NCBI GenBank assembly: GCA_051294375.1
Contig: CM119267.1
Location: 22,693,486-22,757,485, forward strand
Direction of reading: 5' to 3'
Origin: Paraspadella gotoi
Taxonomy: Eukaryota; Animalia; Chaetognatha
DNA length: 64,000 nucleotides
In this document: positions 48,301-60,033 of the stretch, piece by piece
Layout: every line of letters starts with the position of its first letter
Position numbering within the stretch: the first letter of the stretch is position 1
Position numbers and translations under genes: made by a program
The notes under the pieces: model-generated
Seen by the model: only the letters and a program-made list of their open reading frames with translations
What the model was told of the DNA's origin: nothing
Database searches by the model: none

Positions 48301-48531
48301 GACGGCGTCGTTGCTGCTTTCCCGTTTGGCGACGACGACTCTTCCGTCCGTGGAGATGGGGGCCATGTCGATCCCGCTCATACTGTCGACTTCTTGGCAA
48401 TCGACGAAAAGCCTCAACGTGTCGCCGTCCTTCACCATGTGCATCATGTGAAACTCGCAGTCGCCCAGCGAGTCGACTCCGTTGCGGAAGACCGTTGATT
48501 GGGGTCGGCCGCGCGAGTCGGTGAAGTCGAC
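45337..48531 (-). CDS. 3.2-kb terminal exon of collagen 1: end of TSPN6, TSPN7 and the whole triple-helical region
   Basis: atcccag acceptor at 48533-48532. 1065 uninterrupted codons to TAA (ORF 45337..48447). Gly-X-Y repeats run from ~47460 to ~45400. Confidence 0.95.
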   Translation of the reverse strand, partial: VDFTDSRGRPQSTVFRNGVDSLGDCEFHMMHMVKDGDTLRLFVDCQEVDSMSGIDMAPISTDGRVVVAKRESSNDAVNVVLQTLEMDSDTGRADSDFGACAELQIGAEEETNIGTPIPEGLVLPGLFDGVCPDFFAEEDIASLPSYNILSKIGVDFEKEEPFPGTKQIEGENPKKKAMKITRRAVIRESTEQLFPQGLPYDFSVRSIFRVPEVSQNRKFHLVKLEDSKPTGQFGVELNGGAKSVTLYYLDIEGEIYTIDYSRNEINVESLFDGNWHKMTFDIHSTEEQDLVTLYIDCEEVRTDPMVPKGEIDVNGQILVAKTNEYATVPLDLQFLEFHCNPRLGETDTCVVECPEECPQGEKGDEGIKGEVGLRGLPGPEGQKGAGGATGEKGQKGEDGFGGEKGDSGPPGPPGDAGGVSSVGAKGARGLPGPIGRAGPRGDRGQKGVAGDKGDLGEKGNTGLPGLPGAVTGDGAQGPIGDKGDIGPRGPPGRRGLPGPRGPDGPKGSSGGVGALGPVGPAGDIGPQGKMGDKGSRGPVGEKGDPAVIKDVGEPIPGPAGPPGIPGRDGIPGEAGEKGQKGGSGERGEKGSPGLQGRPGVPGLLGPPGSKGQDGQPGPPGVLGDKGEPGLNGARGLRGFPGSPGEPGAVGTSGDPGKVGPEGARGLKGSSGSSAIKGEKGEQGDRGAPGREGDQGPPGPMGRLGDRGEPGTSGIPGVSGLPGPKGDPGHSGKVGERGDPGPQGERGTRGTPGVRGPPGLPGQDGARGDPGKRGTDGPRGEPGEGGIRGPQGLPGPAGPAGLRGPTGPKGNRGPEGPAGPPGDVGGPMMMGVHGAPGPQGPPGPQGIPGKDGLSGQAGPRGSNGAQGSPGAVGPAGLQGPIGVPGRPGPAGQPGQTGPPGRSFSDGDIRRICQGVLDNKMADFIHELRGPPGTPGQSIQGPIGKPGKAGPPGLPGKDGPRGRRGFMGLPGHKGPQGGPGPRGVPGTKGQKGAQGIGLPGPPGIAGPIGQQGPRGDSVVGADGPPGPVGPRGYPGVRGKMGPTGQVGTCKQCTPIVRTIPERVKGP

Positions 48532-48604
48532 CTGGGATTGGATGGAAATAAATTAAATTTAATAATTGTTAAACAAAGAAAATAAAACGATGTTTTTTTA
48601 AAAA

Positions 48605-48660
<56 letters not shown>

Positions 48661-50215
48661 CAGAAAGAAAGAAAGCCCTAAACTCCCCCGCACACCTTCA
48701 GTTCTCCCCTATATCCGTCCAATTTGAGTCCGAACTGCGTGTTTCCTCGTGCGTCGTCGATCTTAATGAGATTGTGGGCGCGGCTTTTCGCTTCCTCGCA
48801 TTCTTTAAAAGTGGACACGAGCGTAAAGGACTCCGGCACGGCGCCGCCGAAAACGTCCCTGGCGCTCATGTCGAGCCGAGCGCGCCGGTCGATCTCCCAC
48901 GCCGATCTCGACCCGGCACCGGAAATTTTGGAGCAGCCGCTGACGTCGCCGCAGTCGTCGGAGATGCGGAACCGCTGCAAGATGTTGTATCCGCCGCGGA
49001 ACGCAGCGCCGCCGCCGCCGCTGCTCGAGCGGCGACTGAACTCCAAATCCGCGCAGTCGCTGCTCTCGCCGCGCGACGGGTCCGTGTCTAGACTCAGGTG
49101 CTGCAGCTTTACGGGAATCGTCTTATCGTCTCTGTCTCTAACTGCGACTTGGACGCCACCGCCGACGTCGACGTCTCCGCGCGGCGCCAACGTCGCCGTC
49201 TCCACGGGGACGCAGTCGACGTAGAGGGTGACGGCGTCTCCGTCAACGCCCACGTGGATCTTGTGCCAGGCGTCGTCGAAGAGACCGTCGACGCTGCGAG
49301 TGAAACGCGTCGTCCGCGGGCGTCCGTCTTGATCCACGAGGGTTAGTTCGACCGTACGGTCGCGTCCGTTCATTCTGAGTCCGAACTGAGGCCGTCCGTC
49401 CGAACCCAGCATGCGTACGAGGTGCCAGTCCTCGCCGACTTGAGAGTTGTCGAGTTGGTAGAGTCCGCTGAGGGTGAACCGATCGGGGAGGCCTGGAGAT
49501 GAAGGGGAGAAAGGGTAAGGCGGGAAAAAGAAACGTTTTTCTAAATTCTTAAACATAAAAAATTAAATAATGATTTTAGGGAAAAAAAATTTAATTTGTA
49601 ACTTTATTGTGTAATCCTTTCGTTTCGTTGCTTTGCAGGAATAAGTTTGATTTGTTTGTGACAACTGAAATAAAACAAATCGTTGTCACAAACAAATCAA
49701 ACTTATTCCAGTAAATTTGTAACTTTAAATAAAAAAAAAAAATTTCAACATCTGAACTTTTTGTTTGAAGATTTTTCCATGCAACGCCAGTGCTCCTTGA
49801 ATTTCGAATGTCTTATTAAATCTTGACAACAATAAATAATAAATATTTCCATTCACCCGACGACGTGATCTCTCTCGTCTCGTAGCCCAGCCGCGCGGCG
49901 TTGGGATCGTCCACGTAGAAGGCGGAGGAGCCGCGTCCGGCGCCGGCGCCTTCGAAGACGCCGCGGGCGGAGACGGCGCCGCGCTGCAGACCCGCGGGGA
50001 GGAGGAGGTCCGTCTCGCCGCCGGCAGAGGGCCAAGTCTGACCGGAGTAGAGATCGTCGCAGGAATGGGACGAGGCCGACTCTGGATCGAGTGTCATGGC
50101 TAATTCCTGAAAAGTGTCGAACGAAAAATCAAAAGAAGGGAATTAACCGAGATTTTTATTGGAAAAAATGAATGAAACTCATTAAAAAATCAATCAATCA
50201 ATCATTCAATAAATG

Positions 50216-50280
<65 letters not shown>

Positions 50281-53200
50281 GTCTTTCTAACAAATTACAG
50301 CGTAAATTTGTAGAAAATTTTATGTCGGTTCTGAGTAATATTATCTATTATTATCCCTAATTCTTAATCCTTAGTCCGTACTTGAACGTCGACGGCGGTC
50401 GTTCGGCCGGTATTCTCAGAGTAGCCCATGTAAATATTTCCGTCGGCGCTGATCTCACCAAAATCCTCCAGCGGGTGACTCTCGACCTGAGAATGAATTA
50501 CATAGAAGATAAATTGAAATTTAAAGATCACAAAGGATTAAGTAGGAGATTGATGGTAACTGCTAACAGTTTTTTTTATTATTTTTTTACATTTTTTCAC
50601 TTTTTTTTAGAAAAAAAAAATCTTAAGAGGAGCTTTTCTGTCAGTAATGACCATTCCAATTTCATTAATATTTAATGTCGAGATTACGTATTTTTATTTT
50701 TAACCAAAATTAAAAAAGACATTTTATTCGATTATATTGCGAAATTATCGATATTATGCTATGTATTTGTAAAAATGGACCTTCAAACATCGACTCACCT
50801 CTACGCAGTCCACGTACATCGTCAACCGCCCTCCTCGATTGGCGAACGACACTCTGTGGAACTGATCGTCAAAGAGACTTCCGGCGTTCCTGAAGGCGAC
50901 CGCCCTCTCGCGTCCGTCGGAGCCGGGATAAAAGAACTCGAGAATTTTTCGGCCGCCGTCGAACCGGACGCCAGCTTCCGGCCGCCCGTTCCGGCTCTGA
51001 AATCTCACCAAGTCCCACCGGTCGCCCAACGCCTCTCTCTTCATCCGGAAAAGGCCGGAGAGACCGAATTCCGGCGGGAGTCCGCCCGGAAACATTCGAT
51101 CGGTGCCGAGACGGAGTGTTCCGCCGCGCCGGATAGAGTATGCCGCGCTGCGTCCGTCCGAGCCGACGATCTGCTCCGCGGCGGCGACGCTGCCAACGCC
51201 GCGCGGCGTCAGGGAAAACGGCGGGAGAAAGTCGTAGCGGGATTCGAAAGTGGCGCCGCCGCCGCCGCGTGCGCCGAAGAGGGAGTCGCAGTCGTCCGTC
51301 GATGCCTGATTAAAAGTGGGTCGCCGGGTCGTTGGAAGAAATACAAATTAAATAACGAATTAGTAGTTAACAAATTGGTTAATACTGGTTAATAGTATTG
51401 GTTAATATTGGTAAATACTTCGACATTTTAAAATATTTATTTTACATCATTTTTAACAATTTATCAAATCTTCGTCCAAACTCGCCTTTCGTGGATCGAG
51501 ACTCATACGAAGCCTCTGGACGTCGAAGGAGGTCGTCCGCTCTCCACGATCGTCCACACCCAGTTGGATGTGCCCGTCCCTTTGAGGTGAAGTTGATTAA
51601 ATACAGATGTGAAGACGGAAAGAATGTAGGAAAAAATAAATAAGTTCGAGTTAGTGATAAATTTCCAAATCTCACAATCTAATTTGCATGTTGCAGATAT
51701 CAATTTTTTTTTTAAATTGAAACTCTTAATTTAAACTTGCGAAGACTACTCGCGAACAAATTTCCTGATGATAATAAAATTTTAAGTGATGCATGACACT
51801 AGAATTGAAATGTCGATTCAGTCGGCGAAAGGCAGTTCTACCCGGAGATGTTCCTAACCACCGGGCTGCGCAATTCAAACGTACATATAAAATAGGAAAA
51901 TATAACTTAGTCTTACATAATACCACTTGTTTTCATAGTGAACGGAGATGTTTATATTTCTAGCCGTAGCATGCGTCTTTCCCCGCTATAATTTTTTATG
52001 GAAGTCTTTTTATTGATTAACGTGGTAATATATTCTCGGTCGTACTCTCACACTTCTAACGACCCGCCCCCGTCCCTTCCCTCTGAGAAACCTCTCCCAC
52101 ACCTACCCTCACCTCGACACGGGCTTCGCCTCCTCCACACTTTTCTCGTCAACCTCCACGCAGTCGACGACCAACTTCATCTTCCCTCCTCTGTTGACGA
52201 AGGCCACCTTGTGAAACTCTCCGTCGAAGAGTCCGTCGACGCCGTCGAAGCTCAGCGTCCTCAGCGACCCGTCCGCCGCCGCCGCGTAAGAATATTCGAC
52301 GCTGCGACGCCGCGGATCGAAGCGGACGCCGCCTTCCGCCGCGCCGCCGCGGGAGGAGAAGCGGAGGAGGTGATAAGGGGAGGAGAGGGAGTCGTCTTTC
52401 ATTCTGTGTGGGGGGAAAGGGGGGGCGGCATAGTGAGGGGAAAGTGGAAAGGTAATTTAACGAGACATTGTTCTGCCATCATACGTATGAATTGGTACAA
52501 GCTATGTAATGATATGTATTTCGGCTAATTCAGCAAAATGTTAAAATAGTATGAGGTGTAGTAATAAATAAATAGTAGTAATAAATATAAGAACAAATAA
52601 TGTACTGGGTGGTTGTTTAAAAATACCAATGACAAAAAAGTTTTACCTGACGATCCCTTCCAAGCCAAACTCTCCCGGCAATCCGGCCAAGAACATCTTT
52701 CCGGTGCCTATCTTCATTTCCCCCCCGCTCCGCACCGAGTAGGCGGTGGACCGGCCGTCGGCGCCGGAAATGGCCGACGCGGCCGAGACTGCGCCGACTC
52801 CGTCCGGCGTGAGCGAAAACGGCGGGAGGAAGTCGTACTCGTCCCTGAAGGGATTCGGTCCGTACAAATCTTTGCACGTGTCTTTGGTCGGACGTGCGGC
52901 GTCTTTGTAGAAGCGGAGAGACTGGATGTCGACGCGGACGGTTTTGGACGAGCCTGTCGGGGGACAAGGGGTAGGGAAGGGGGGTCGAAGGGTTTCAGGG
53001 ATGTTGAAGGACTTTTCTAAAGTAAAAAGAGAGGAAAAATAAGAAAAGAGTGATGGAAGCTTTAATCCACTTTAGTCTGTTCCAAGTCCGGTCCAAGATA
53101 GCTTATTTATAAAATGAATGGATTATTTTTATATTTTCTTAGCATAGTATCTCTTAGTATTCTCTACTCTCTCTTGTTCTCTTCTTCAAAGAAGCGAGGC

Positions 53201-56200
53201 GTGACTCTGAATACATAAACTCGATCGGTCAATGTATTCTCTGCCTTTCCTCTCTTGAGTTGAGGACGATAACAACGATAGATTTTAATCAGAGCCCGCC
53301 GCGCCCGCCCGTCCGCCCGTCCGCGCGCCCCGCGCCCTATATTGTTTCACCTTTTTTTAAAAAGATTATCCTTTCCACTTTTTCCCGATTCTCGTTTGCT
53401 TTATCTGTTTTCTATATTACGTCATACCTTCTTATTTCTTGTCATTTTATGTCATTTACCTCATTTCGGTCATTTAATGTCATTGCATTGCTGATTATTA
53501 AAAAAATATCTACGCTCCACGGATCCTCTTTGATTTTTTTCTTTTAATATTTTTCCTTTTTTCATTTATTTATAAAATCCTTTTCTTTACCTTTTTTTCT
53601 TTTTCTATTTTTACTCTTTCCTCTCTCTGTTCACTCTACTTTCAGTGAAAAGTTTCACCTCTTTTCCTGATTTCTTTTTTCCTTTTCCCGTCTCTTCTTC
53701 CTTCTCCGGCCTCCTTCCTCGTTCACGACAAGATTTACAATCGCGAGATGATAAGTGAATCGTGATTATCTTACCGCCGTGATTACATTGTGAGAGACAT
53801 CGTTAACCCTCTTCCACATTCTCGTTTAAAGGTCATTTTTTTGTGCTGAAAGTATATATTTGATGATCAAACAAGCTAAAAAAAGAAACAATGCTTGTTT
53901 GGCAGCTAGCAATACGTAAAATGTGATCGCAAAATTCGAGCGAAACAATAAAATAACAATAAAATCGAGAACAAAAAACAATATTTTTTTTTCGGTCAAG
54001 AAACCACTCCTCTTAAAAAAAAAACAAAAAAACAACAACATAAAAAGCGACAACAAAAACATCAAACAAACTTAAACAAAAAGGAACCCACCGTCCTGCT
54101 TGGCCGTCAGTACGTTCCCGCCAACGTCGATCGGACCGTAACCCGGCGTCGTCTGCGTCTCCGCAGGAAGGCAGTCCACGTAGAGCGTCGCAGCGTCTCC
54201 CTCCATCGCCAGCTGCAGCTTGTGGAACTGACCGTCGAAGAGCGGTGCGACGGCGGCGGAGGAGAAGGTGTTGGCCTGGGTGTAAGAAGGTGAGGCAAGG
54301 GTAGAGGGTAAGGAAATTGTGGGGGACAATGGACGGTAAGGAAATACGGAAGGAGCGCGACGACAATCACGATACTTACCCACGGGGCACGGTATAATTT
54401 AAAAATTAACGTATTTGAAACGAAAGACGTCTGAAAAAAGCGCCAGTGAAAAAGCGCTGAAATCCGGAAAAAAAGAAATAAACACCGACACAAATAAAAA
54501 ACTGAACGACAAATCAAAAGAATACATTATATTCAATCCTTCTGTTTTCTCCTTCTCTCCATTAACTCTTTTAGAAATGAAACAAAAGATACAAATTTAA
54601 TTAGAAAAACAATAATAAATTTAAAAAAATTAAATAAAATAAACGAAAAATGATATATTAATCTCATTGGATTGAGTCCCCTCCCCCCCTTCGCCCTCCG
54701 GGCTTCATTTCCCGCCTCACGCTGGTTCGACATCGCACGTCCGACTGATAACGTTTCGAGATATAATCAGCTAATGAGTAATTTTTTTTTCAAATGAGTC
54801 GGCTCCCTAACTAATGAGCTTAGCAACGCCTTCGTTAAAACAAAATCTTCATTTTTTTTTAGCAGAATTTTTGATATTTGCGTTTCGTTTCCCTTTTTTT
54901 TTATATTGTAATTTTTCCCGCTGCTTTCTTTTTATTTCGTTTTCGTCACGTTTCGTCTCTTCTCTTTCCCCAACAAAAATTATTTCCTTGCAATCCCTTT
55001 AATTTTATCCTACAACCTTTTTAAACTATCTCTTGTACTTACAATCTTCCCCCACGGGTCCGAAATCCTATCTCTGACAGACAGTCTCCCCCCTCCTTCT
55101 TAAAACCATCATACCAATTAACCCCCCCCTTTTATTAATTTCCTCTCCTCCCGAGGATGGTCCTCCACGGGCGATCTTCCATCCACAATTTCCCCCGCCA
55201 TAATAATTTTTCAATCTCTGTGTTTTTCGTTTGCTTTTTATTAACGAAGCTTTTTACTGTACCTAAAAGGTCATATAGGCCGCAGAAAGTGTGCCCAGGG
55301 CCGTATCCGTAGATTTATTCATTGATTCATTTCATTCATTTCATCCACGATTTAATTTAATCCACTTTCCAATTTCCCCACCTGCAGACTTCCCCCTCCG
55401 TCCAAATAAAACACGGTCACGCTCTTGTCCGATCCGTCGAGATTGAGTCCGAACTGCGGCCTCCCGTCCGAGGCCTCCACTCCGAGGAGATTCCAACTCT
55501 CCGTCCGCGAGGCCGCGTTGTTCAGGCGGAACACGCTCTCCAGGGTGAAGCCTTTGAAAAGGGGGCAGGCGGGAATTTGATTGAGTAGAAGATTTATAAT
55601 TGCTCGGTTTTAAAGAAGAATTCTCGATGTGGGCGGGAATATTTATTTAAGAAACGATTATTTAGTCCTTAGACTTTTATCGACCTTTATAATTTTTTTT
55701 GGAAATTTTGATAGTCAGGGGCAAGATAGCTTATTTATTAAATAAATTTTTTTTTTATTTTATTATTATTTTTATTAAAACAATTTTTATTTTGTTTGTA
55801 CCAATTTCATATACATATAATAAATATCAATTATATTTATATCCCCAAATTTGAAAAAAAAAGAATTCAGAGACATTGTTTCTTTGTCATGGTAAAAATA
55901 TTTAATGTTATATAAGGCAATATACTAAAATCGGCTCATAGCCCGAGAGAACCACACGAGTTTAATTTAGTAATAAAGTTTCTTACACTCTGTCTCAATC
56001 TTTTACTTTCCCCCTCTCACCTCTCGGTGGCAGTCCGCGAGAGAGCGAGTCGGATGTAGGGAGAACGAGATCGGCTCTGTCGCCAACTCGGAGAGCTGAG
56101 GCGCGTGAGGTGGAACCCGCGATCTTCTTAGTTCCTGAGGGTAAGTAAGGTAAGTAAAACAAATATACAATTATTTTATCAAGAATGTATTTATGTAATA

Positions 56201-59200
56201 GACGAGGGGAATTGAACCGTTTGTCATTTTCTTTGAAAATTTGATGTCACGCACCAAGCTTATTAAAATTTTCATTAAAATTCTTAAAGAAAATATTTTT
56301 TAAAAAAAATCAATTTTTTGAATGTTTATTAAAGATTTAACATTAGTTTCAACTAAATTAATACTTGAAAATCAAACCAACGATCCCTCTCACTCTCACC
56401 TTTCACAGTGACCGGATCCCCGGTGAACATTCCCATGAACCCTTTGAACCACTGGAACAGGTTCAGCTTTTCCCTCTTGACTTTGGGCGCGTCTTTCGGC
56501 ATTTCCCAGCAGGTGTCGCGCACTCCGCGCGTCGCTTCGCAGTGCATCGCCGAATACTGCATCTCCGCCTCCAGTTGACGACCGTCTCGAGAGGTCATCA
56601 ACAAGATGTTGCCGCTTGTGTCTGGATAGAGGGATTTGGGGTGAGAAGCTTCTCTTGATATTGATTATTAAAAATCAAATCGGTAGTCTAGTTGAAAGGG
56701 CTTTATTGATTATAACTGACTTTCTTTTTTTGTTGAATTCAAACAAACTTGCCTACTGACTAGTGCCTAAGTAGCTATTAGAATTTTTATTTTGTCAGAG
56801 ATTTGAAGGAAAAACAATTGACGTTAGCTTCGCGTCTTTTTTATTTATTTCATTACATACATCATTGAAACATTGATTTAAAGATTACAAGTTTAAAACA
56901 AAGAATGAGCAACTGCTTTATACGGCATAATTCGAGCAGGCGAAAGCAAAATTAGTTGTAAACAAACAAAATTAGTTAGAGAAAAATAATACTAAATATG
57001 GTAGATAAAAAAACAAACAAACTGAAACAGTTTTAAATCTTCTTGTTCAATGTCAACTGTCCAGTAATAAAGCAAAAAGAACGAATCACAAAACATCACG
57101 AAAATATATCAAAATCCCATCAGTTTTCAGAATCACAACTTCACATCGAAAATATTTCGCGTTCATTTTCCCAAGATCGCCTTCACCGTCGTTTGCTCCC
57201 CACCACCGATCGACTCCGCCGACTTTCCCGCCGCGCGAATCGGGATGATCCTTCCTCCATCTCCGCCGAGTCGCTCGTCCACCGGTGCCTCCACCGTCAA
57301 CACCCCGTCCTCCGACAGCGCCGAAGTCACTTCCGCGGCGACGACCGATTCCGGCAGCTTGTAGCGTTGGAGGAACTCGGAGTGGGACTTGGAGCCTTCC
57401 TTCTCGACGACCCGCTTGGCGTGGACCACGAGGAAGTCGTCCTTGATCTTGACCTCGACCTCCTCAGGGGAGAAGTTGGAGACGTCGACGCGGAGTTGGA
57501 ACTTCTTGTCGGTGGAGCTGTCGGTAGTGGAGACAATGTGGCCGGGCGACTGGAGCGAAACTAGGTCGTTGGAGCGGATCGAGTCCGCGGGCATCAATCT
57601 GGAGGAGCGGGAATAATGGAGACGATTGGAGCAGGATGCAAAAAAAGTGATACATTTAAACAATAAGCGAAAAACTTCTTCAACAAATTTAAAAATGCTC
57701 TCAAACAAACAAATTCCTTTATAAATACGTATGCTTTAATCATAATATCGCACCGCATGTTGAAATGTTTTGAGTACTTTACACTGGCTAAATCATAATG
57801 ACCCAGCAATTTTCGTAAAACCTCCGATGGATTATTAGAAACTTCATATTAACACGGCGTTGTATAGTTATTTAAACGATTATACATATATTCCGACTCA
57901 CCTGTACATGTTGTTCCTTCTAAATCTGTCGACTTCAGAAGCGAATCTTCGCATCTCTTCGTCCATCGAAGGCAATCGATGAGAAATGAGGTCAAAGTCC
58001 CGACCGACGTCGCTGTGGGAATGTGACTAGTTATTGTTTTCAAGGCCAAATGACAATTTTATGATTATTTTATTTTAGGATTCATAGACTGCAGATTAGT
58101 AAGAATTTAAGATCAATCAACAATATATTAGGATTCAACTGCGGTTAATCAGTATCATTGCCTTTCTTGTACCATTTCTGTCATAATGTCTCATGGACCA
58201 ATTCGGAATTCGAGCCATTTTTAAAAAATTTATTTTCGCTTCTTATAGGTTTTCGTAAATAAAAGCGCTTGCAAGCATGACTTCGAATTTCTAACGATTA
58301 TGAATCCTTTCTTATATGAATGAAAATCTTACTCTTCGCCAATCAGCAACTGCAACCGAAATGGCAAAGAAGAATAGCAAGAATAGCAAATCTCTTTGGA
58401 ATTTACGATCTAATTCTCAATTCGTGTCTGAATTCGTGACATCATTTTATTCGATCTCTTTAAGCAAAAATGGTTTAGCATTAAATCTGCTACTGTTTGA
58501 GATTACTGCGATATGTAAATGATATTAAGATAACTTGGTGGGAGGTATCATTGATGAGGAAGCAATGTACTCTGGGAGTTGATATACTAATCTGACTTTA
58601 TATTTAAATAATATTTATTTATAATATTTACTTATTTATAGTATTGATTAACTATTTCTCACAAATGGAGGAATTAAAAAAAAAAGCGAAAAACTCACCT
58701 GTGAAGTCTTCGCAGGAGCGCGGGCTCTCTCCCCAGCAGCCTGTCCATCATCGTGAAGTGGTTCATCCTCATCGGAACGAGGGACATCGAACCGAAAAAG
58801 CCGTCGTCGAAAAAAGCCATCCTTTTAGTCTCAAGATTGCGTGATCACGAAATGAGAGTCAGATGTTGAAGCGAGGTTTTTTTTTGTTTTTTTTTTTTGA
58901 TGTCGTGACTGAAGTTTAAACGATGTTTAATGTCTGCGTTAAAAGGTGAAGGGTATTTAACTTTTTTTTTCTTTCTCGATGTCAGAAGATCTTTTGTCGA
59001 TTTTCTGTGAGTCTGATTCTTTCCCCGGACACCAACGCTCCTTTTATACCCTCGCGGAAAAAAGTGGAAGCTTCTCGAAAATTCGAGAAACTCGGAGAAA
59101 ACAAGAGAACGTCGCGGATTGGTCGCGAGACGACTCGTCCTTGGTTTTCGGTCAAAAAAAGGAAAAATCTTTTCACGACGCGAAGTTTCTTTCGAAATCC

Positions 59201-59947
59201 CGAACTTTCGCGGTTCGTGAAGAGAAAAATACGGAGAGAGATTGTGAGTTCGTGAACGTGAAACGATGAGTCTTCGTTTTTTGTTGTCGTAAAAAAATGG
59301 ACTGGGGGGGGGGAGTAAAGGAGCGTCGGCGTAGAAAGTCGGAGAAAAGAATATCAGCCAATGTTTAAAATTCTTTTTTTCTTTTTAATCGACTGTTTTG
59401 ATTCGACGAAAAGAGTTTGAAAACTTCATCGCCCGAGAAAATCTAACGTCATCGTTATTCGTTTAGAATTTTCGGATGACTAACGATTCACTAATTACGG
59501 GCGGGACTGTAAAAATTACTTTTCTACATTCTAGAATCGACACGTATAAATGATAAATGTAAAAGAACTCGCAACTGTACTTAAATGCCTAATAAGCTGA
59601 ATGAATGAAGTCAATAACGAATTCAATTAACTAATCAGTCATTTAATGGGTTAATGAATAAAAGAGTTAATAAATTAATCAACGAATCGAATTTCTAACC
59701 GATGGGCATTATTTCCGGCACGGGATGAGATTCCGTCGTCGGTTTGCATCCGATGTGAAGCGTCGCCTGTGATAATCATTAATTCATTATTTTATCTATT
59801 ATTTAAATTATTTTCTTTCGGTTTCTTTCACAAATTTTTTTTCAAAAACTCAACCTTCCTTCTCGGAGTTAATGACCGCGGAAGAGTTATTTCTCAATGA
59901 TTGTTAATGTTTATGTATTTTTTAAAGAAGAAAGGGTGGCTTCTCCT

Positions 59948-60033
<86 letters not shown>

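Noticed and set aside
45385-49346. Antisense and alternative-frame ORFs over the collagen exons
   Set aside because: Shadow ORFs expected from GC-rich or repetitive coding sequence.
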